A DNA stretch of 31,091 nucleotides from Candidatus Rokuibacteriota bacterium (GTDB lineage: Bacteria; JAUVQV01), in assembly GCA_030609125.1 (NCBI GenBank), contig JAUWCW010000001.1:1-31091 (forward strand), read 5' to 3'. A program made the translations under genes and the position numbers. Of the stretch, positions 26,668 to 31,091 are shown piece by piece. Under the pieces are notes generated by a model. It was not told the origin of the DNA and ran no database searches. It saw only the letters and a list, made by a program, of their open reading frames with translations. Position 1 is the stretch's first letter, and every line of letters starts with the position of its first letter.

Positions 26668-26724
26668 GCGGCGGGCCTGGGGGCCGCCGCAGGCAGAATC
26701 GGGAAAGGAGATTGCTGCAGTACC

Positions 26725-27105
26725 ATGACAACACTGATTCTCATAGTTCACGTGATCGTCAGCTTTGCGCTGATTCTCATCGTCCTGCTTCAGACGGGCA
26801 AGGGGGCCGAGATGGGGGCCAGCTTCGGCGGTTCCAACCAGACGGTCTTCGGAAGCCAGGGGGCATCGACTTTTCTGAGCAAAGTCACCACCGGCGCGGC
26901 GGTTCTGTTCATGCTCACCTCCCTCACCCTCGCCTATCTGGCGAGCCAGCGCTCCGGGTCGGTCATGCGCGGCAGCGCACCGGTGGTGGATGTCGAGGAG
27001 CAGGCCGTCCGGGAGGCCCAGCCTGAGGCTCCCGCCCCCTTCGACATTCCGACCGAGCCCGTCGCCGACGCTCCCGCCCTTCCCGTGCCCCCACCGGCGG
27101 AGTAG
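26725..27105 (+). CDS. secG: Preprotein translocase subunit SecG
   Basis: Two TM helices with LLQTGKGAEMGASFGG...FGSQG...FLSKVT loop; canonical position after tpiA. Confidence 0.93.
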   Translation: MTTLILIVHVIVSFALILIVLLQTGKGAEMGASFGGSNQTVFGSQGASTFLSKVTTGAAVLFMLTSLTLAYLASQRSGSVMRGSAPVVDVEEQAVREAQPEAPAPFDIPTEPVADAPALPVPPPAE

Positions 27106-27131
27106 GCCGGAGGCGACCGTCGGCGGCAGCC

Positions 27132-28781
27132 GTGGAGCGGACTCCCTCACTCTTTCGGCTTTTGCCGTCGGCCCTGCTCGTCGCGGCCTTTCTCTCCGGC
27201 TGCGGGGGGGGCGATCAGACCCAGGCGCCGCCGCCGGGGGGGGGCTCGCCGGACGTGCCTGTTACGGGCGACGCCATTATCAGGGGAAGCATAGGCGACG
27301 CCTCGAACCTGATTCCTCTCATCGCGTCGGACAGCGCCTCCTTCGACATAGCCGATCTCGTGTACAGCGGGCTCGTCCGCTACGACAGGGATCTGAACAT
27401 CGAGGGGGATCTGGCGGAGTCGTGGGAGATTTCCCCCGACGGCCTGGAGATCACCTTCCGCCTGCGTCGCGGCGTGCGGTGGCATGACGGCGCCCCGTTC
27501 ACCGCCGAAGACGTCCGGTTCACCTACGAGCTTCTCGTCGACCCGGCGACACCGACGGCATACGCCGAGGATTTTCTGCAGGTTCAGCGGTTTCAGGTCC
27601 TTGACCCCCACACGGTGCGGGTGAGCTACGGCAAGCCTTTCGCGCCGGCCCTCATCTCGTGGGGTATGCCCATCGTCCCCAGACATCTTCTGGAGGGTGA
27701 GGATCTCACCACCACCCCCCTGGCGCGCAGCCCGGTCGGGACGGGGCCGTACCGCTTCGTGAAGTGGCTCACCGGAGAGCAGATCGTTCTCGAGGCCAGC
27801 GAGGACTACTGGGAAGGCAGGCCGAACATCGATCAGCATATCACCCGGGTCATTCCCGACACGGCGACGATGTTTCTCGAGTTGAAGGCGGGCGGCGTGG
27901 ACTGGATGGGTCTGGACCCCGTGCAGTACACGAGGCAGACCGGGACGGAGACCTTCCGCCGCGATTTCCGCAAGTACCGCTACCTCGACTTCATGTATAC
28001 CTATCTCGGCTTCAACCTGGAAGATCCGAGGTTCGCGGACCGCCGGGTGAGACAGGCCATAGCCCACGCCATCGACAAGCAGGAGCTGGTCGACATCGTC
28101 CTGCTCGGCCTGGGCCAGGCGGTGACGGGGCACTACAAGCCCGGCAGCTGGGCCCACAACCCCGACGTCATGAAGTACCGCCACAGCCCCGAACGGGCCC
28201 GCGAGCTCCTCGCCGAGGCGGGGTGGCTCGACAGGGACGGTGACGGCTGGCTCGACAGGGACGGCGAGAAATTCGCCTTCACCGTCGTCACCAACCAGGG
28301 AAACAGAAAGAGGGCCATGAGCGCCGAGATCATCCAGGGGAGGCTGAAGGAGGTCGGTATCGACATGCGGATCCGCGTCGTCGAGTGGGCGGCCTTTCTC
28401 AAGAACTTCGTCCGCCCCCGGAATTTCGACGCCATCATCCTCGGCTGGAGGACGGTGCCCGATCCGGACGCCTACGATGTCTGGCACTCCTCCAAGACCG
28501 GTCCGGACGAGCTGAACCACGTCTCCTTCAGGAACGCGGAGGTTGACGATCTGCTCGAGAGAGGCCGGGGGACGTTCGACCGGGAGGAGCGGCGAAAGGC
28601 CTACTTCCGCATCCAGGAGATCCTTGCCGAAGAGCAGCCTTACGTCTTTCTCTTCGCCCCCGAGACGCTGCCGATCATTCACTCCCGCTTCAGGGGCGTC
28701 GCAATCGGCTCCACGGGGATTCTGACTTCGAACTTCATCGGGTGGTGGGCGCCGAAAAGTGAACAGAGGTACGCCCCCTGA
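27132..28781 (+). CDS. Peptide ABC transporter substrate-binding lipoprotein (family 5, AppA/OppA/DppA-like)
   Basis: Lipobox LSGC; GDLAESWEIS, LRRGVRWHDGAPFTAEDV, PVGTGPYRF, VRQAIAHAID. Confidence 0.93.
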   Translation: MERTPSLFRLLPSALLVAAFLSGCGGGDQTQAPPPGGGSPDVPVTGDAIIRGSIGDASNLIPLIASDSASFDIADLVYSGLVRYDRDLNIEGDLAESWEISPDGLEITFRLRRGVRWHDGAPFTAEDVRFTYELLVDPATPTAYAEDFLQVQRFQVLDPHTVRVSYGKPFAPALISWGMPIVPRHLLEGEDLTTTPLARSPVGTGPYRFVKWLTGEQIVLEASEDYWEGRPNIDQHITRVIPDTATMFLELKAGGVDWMGLDPVQYTRQTGTETFRRDFRKYRYLDFMYTYLGFNLEDPRFADRRVRQAIAHAIDKQELVDIVLLGLGQAVTGHYKPGSWAHNPDVMKYRHSPERARELLAEAGWLDRDGDGWLDRDGEKFAFTVVTNQGNRKRAMSAEIIQGRLKEVGIDMRIRVVEWAAFLKNFVRPRNFDAIILGWRTVPDPDAYDVWHSSKTGPDELNHVSFRNAEVDDLLERGRGTFDREERRKAYFRIQEILAEEQPYVFLFAPETLPIIHSRFRGVAIGSTGILTSNFIGWWAPKSEQRYAP

Positions 28782-28943
28782 GGGCTCCCGTCGCCCCCCG
28801 TCTTTTTTTTGCAAGAGGTATACTGTTGTGGTGTAAATGTGTGATAATCAAAGGTAATAAATGGGAGAACCGTAACTTTGCGGCCCCTTGCGGGGTAGTA
28901 AAGGGTAATTGATTGGAGAAAACGTCAGAAGAGGAGGATTGAC

Positions 28944-29474
28944 ATGAAGGGTTTTGTGCGTACCGCTGTTGTACTGTGCCTGGCCGGAAGCCTGGTCATT
29001 CCGGGAGTGGCCGCGGCCGGCGCCGACGAACTCTGCCCGATGGGGGGCGCCATGGTGAAGGTTGCCGTTGACCAGGACAAGGCGGCAGAGTGGCTCGATG
29101 ACGAACGGCGGGCATATCTCCCCAACGAAGAAGGCCAGGGCATCAGGACCTTCAGCGAGGCCTCCGGCAAGATCGGCCTGGTCCTGACGGAAGAGTTTGT
29201 CTTCTTCGGCGTGGCCGACGACCGGGACGACCGGGAAGCGGACGAGAAAAGGATGACCAAGGCTTTCGGGAACGGGCTGAAGTTCCTCCGGAATGCGGTC
29301 CAGAAAGAAGTCAAGGCGATGTGGAAGGCGCAGGTCATCGACATCAACGGCGGCGACGTCCAGGCCATCTCCGAGGCCGTCGGCCTCGGGGTGATCAGCC
29401 AGGACGGCCGGGACTGGGTTCTCGAGACTGCGGATTGCGAGGGGATGACCATCAACCTCGAAGATCTGGACTGA
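28944..29474 (+). CDS. Hypothetical exported protein
   Basis: GAGGAGG RBS; signal peptide MKGFVRTAVVLCLAGSLVIPGVAAAG; no family recognised. Confidence 0.7.
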   Translation: MKGFVRTAVVLCLAGSLVIPGVAAAGADELCPMGGAMVKVAVDQDKAAEWLDDERRAYLPNEEGQGIRTFSEASGKIGLVLTEEFVFFGVADDRDDREADEKRMTKAFGNGLKFLRNAVQKEVKAMWKAQVIDINGGDVQAISEAVGLGVISQDGRDWVLETADCEGMTINLEDLD

Positions 29475-29503
29475 TCCAGGCAAGCCTTCCCCCTCGCTTT
29501 TGT

Positions 29504-29545
29504 CCTCTCCCCCCGGGGGGAGAGGGGAGGGTGAGGGGTTTTTTT
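29504..29545 (+). repeat. Perfect 22-bp palindrome + purine tail + T-run (BoxC/REP-like element; probable terminator)
   Basis: CCTCTCCCCCC|GGGGGGAGAGG at 29504-29525, followed by GGAGGGTGAGGGG and a T7 run; one copy in the window. Confidence 0.6.
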
Positions 29546-29571
29546 GTCCCCGACGGGCAATAGGCTACAAT
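29544..29571 (+). promoter_or_regulatory. Putative promoter of the permease genes (leaderless-type)
   Basis: TTGTCC(29544-49)-N16-TACAAT(29566-71); ATG after a 6-nt gap, no SD. Confidence 0.5.
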
Positions 29572-29577
29572 CCGCTC

Positions 29578-30567
29578 ATGCTTTCCTATACCCTGCGGCG
29601 CCTGCTCACGATGGTCCCCCTGCTGGTCGGGATCACGATCGTCTCCTTCCTGGTGATGCACCTCGCCCCCGGCGGACCCACGGACCTCATGACGTGGGAG
29701 CTCGCCAAGGCGTCCCCCGAGGCGGGCGAGCGCCTGCGGGCCCTCTACGGGCTGGACCGGCCCCTCCATGTCCAGTACGCCGACTGGCTGCAGCGCTCTC
29801 TGCGCCTCGACTTCGGGCTTTCCTTCTCCGTCGATCGCAGACCCGTCATGGAGAAGATCGCCGAGCGGCTGCCGGTGACCATCATCATCAGCATCTTCTC
29901 GCTCGTGATCAGCCTCGCCGTGGCCCTGCCGGTCGGTGTTCTCTCCGCGGTGCGCCGAAACTCCCGCTTCGACAAGGTCTCCACCGTCCTCGTCTTCCTC
30001 TTCTTCTGCATCCCCGGCTTCTGGCTTGCCCAGCTCGCCCAGATCTTCTTCGGGCTTCAGCTCGGCTGGCTGCCGATCTCCGGCCTGCGCTCCCCCGTCG
30101 GCTTCGGCGACCTCGGCCTCTGGGCGAGGGCCGCGGACTACGCCCGGCACCTCGTCCTCCCCGTCGGCATCGGCAGTCTGGCCTGGCTTGCCGGGTGGTC
30201 GCGCTTCATGCGCTCGGGCATGCTGGAGGTGATCCGCCAGGACTACATCCGGACCGCCCGGGCCAAGGGCCTGCCCGAGAGGGTGGTCATCGCCCGCCAC
30301 GCCATGCGCAACGCCCTGCTCTCCATCATCACCCTCCTCGGGCTTTCCGTTCCGGGTCTGATTGCCGGTTCGGTCATCTTCGAAACGGTTTTCAGTCTTC
30401 CCGGGATAGGCCAGCTCATGTGGCAGTCCGTCATGGCCAGGGACTATCCGGTGATCATGGGCAACCTGGTCCTGACGGCGGTTCTCACGCTGTGCGGGAA
30501 CTTTTTCGCCGATCTCTGCTACGTCTTCGCCGACCCGCGAATCACGCTCGAGGGGGCGCGGGAATGA
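29578..30567 (+). CDS. Peptide ABC transporter permease (OppB/AppB/DppB-like)
   Basis: MLSYTLRRLL...LAPGGP...GLDRPLHVQY..W; EAA loop DYIRTARAKGL; start corrected to ATG 29578. Confidence 0.93.
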   Translation: MLSYTLRRLLTMVPLLVGITIVSFLVMHLAPGGPTDLMTWELAKASPEAGERLRALYGLDRPLHVQYADWLQRSLRLDFGLSFSVDRRPVMEKIAERLPVTIIISIFSLVISLAVALPVGVLSAVRRNSRFDKVSTVLVFLFFCIPGFWLAQLAQIFFGLQLGWLPISGLRSPVGFGDLGLWARAADYARHLVLPVGIGSLAWLAGWSRFMRSGMLEVIRQDYIRTARAKGLPERVVIARHAMRNALLSIITLLGLSVPGLIAGSVIFETVFSLPGIGQLMWQSVMARDYPVIMGNLVLTAVLTLCGNFFADLCYVFADPRITLEGARE

Positions 30568-31091
30568 TGAGCGGGGGCGGTATGGCCGGGAATCTGCGGT
30601 TCGCGGGCATCGTCTGGCGGAATCTTCGCCGCAATCCCCTCGCCGTCGCCGGCATGGCGGCTGTCGCCCTTCTCTTCTTCGTCGCCGTCGCCGCACCGTG
30701 GCTGGCTCCTTTCGATCCGGCCGAGTTCAACCGGGACAGTATTCTCGCCTCCCCCTCGGCCCGGCACTGGCTCGGAACCGACGCCCTGGGCAGGGACGTC
30801 TTCTCGCGCCTCGTCTATGGTTCGCGTGTGTCCCTGGCGGTGGGTTTTGTCTCCGTCGGAATATCGGTCCTCATCGGGGCCTTCCTGGGAGCCCTGGCGG
30901 GGTACTTCGGCGGCACTGTGGACAGCGCCGTCATGAGACTGGTGGACCTCATGCTCTGCTTTCCGAGCATGTTTCTCATCCTTGCCGTCATAGCCTTCGT
31001 GGGCCCCAGCATCTGGAACGTCATGGCGGTCATAGGCCTCACGGGCTGGATGGGGACCTGCCGCCTGGTCCGGGCGGAGTTCCTCACCCTC
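30564..31091 (+). CDS. Peptide ABC transporter permease (OppC/AppC/DppC-like), truncated at right edge
   Basis: Manual translation: MMSGGG...RRNPLAVAG...HWLGTDALGRDVFSRLVYGSRVSL...GYFGGTVD..VMRLVDLML.FP..FLIL...RLVRAEFLTL; ATGA overlap; not in the ORF track. Confidence 0.92.
   Translation, partial: MMSGGGMAGNLRFAGIVWRNLRRNPLAVAGMAAVALLFFVAVAAPWLAPFDPAEFNRDSILASPSARHWLGTDALGRDVFSRLVYGSRVSLAVGFVSVGISVLIGAFLGALAGYFGGTVDSAVMRLVDLMLCFPSMFLILAVIAFVGPSIWNVMAVIGLTGWMGTCRLVRAEFLTL

Noticed and set aside
27105-27132. tRNA-Leu often found after secG
   Set aside because: Only 26 nt separate secG from the next gene; no cloverleaf or T-loop motif was seen here or elsewhere in the window.
27204-27244. G8 and G9 tracts after the lipobox of the binding protein as phase-variation sites
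   Set aside because: Similar G8-G9/C8 runs occur in proB (7666-73), the propeller gene (15903-10) and the gap-pgk spacer (24688-96); they reflect Gly/Pro codons and GC bias, and all frames are intact.
28782-28810. Intrinsic terminator after the substrate-binding gene
   Set aside because: The T8 run is clear but the best stem (GGGC/GCCC, 4 bp) is weak and offset from it; not listed as a feature.

Overview
GC-rich bacterial chromosomal segment. Gene content and order suggest a Gram-negative deltaproteobacterial/Nitrospirota-like lineage; this is inference, not a classification. The left half (minus strand) is a ribosome/RNA-processing and housekeeping superoperon: rluD - B12 radical SAM/DUF2344 fusion - RNase G/E - rplU - rpmA - obgE - proB - proA ... 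nadD - rsfS - bshC. bshC is truncated by the window edge and missing from the ORF track. The usual proA-nadD junction is interrupted by about 4.3 kb carrying a degenerate receiver-PilZ protein, a SpoIIAA-like protein, a Cys-rich small protein, DUF3014, and a coupled nicotinamidase / stand-alone LigD 3'-phosphoesterase / sirtuin trio. The right half (plus strand) starts with a tightly coupled five-gene operon that is the most unusual element: (1) a secreted double beta-propeller/Y_Y_Y/transglutaminase-like/TPR protein, (2) a mini-FecR protein, (3) an orphan CHASE2-PAS histidine kinase, (4) a LexA-like repressor lacking its cleavage site and both catalytic residues, and (5) ComF. It is followed by gap-pgk-tpiA-secG and a peptide ABC transporter split by an orphan secreted gene and a palindromic, G-quadruplex-capable element. 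No tRNA, rRNA, CRISPR array, transposase or integrase was recognised. Several ORF-track starts were corrected using ribosome-binding-site (RBS) and promoter evidence.
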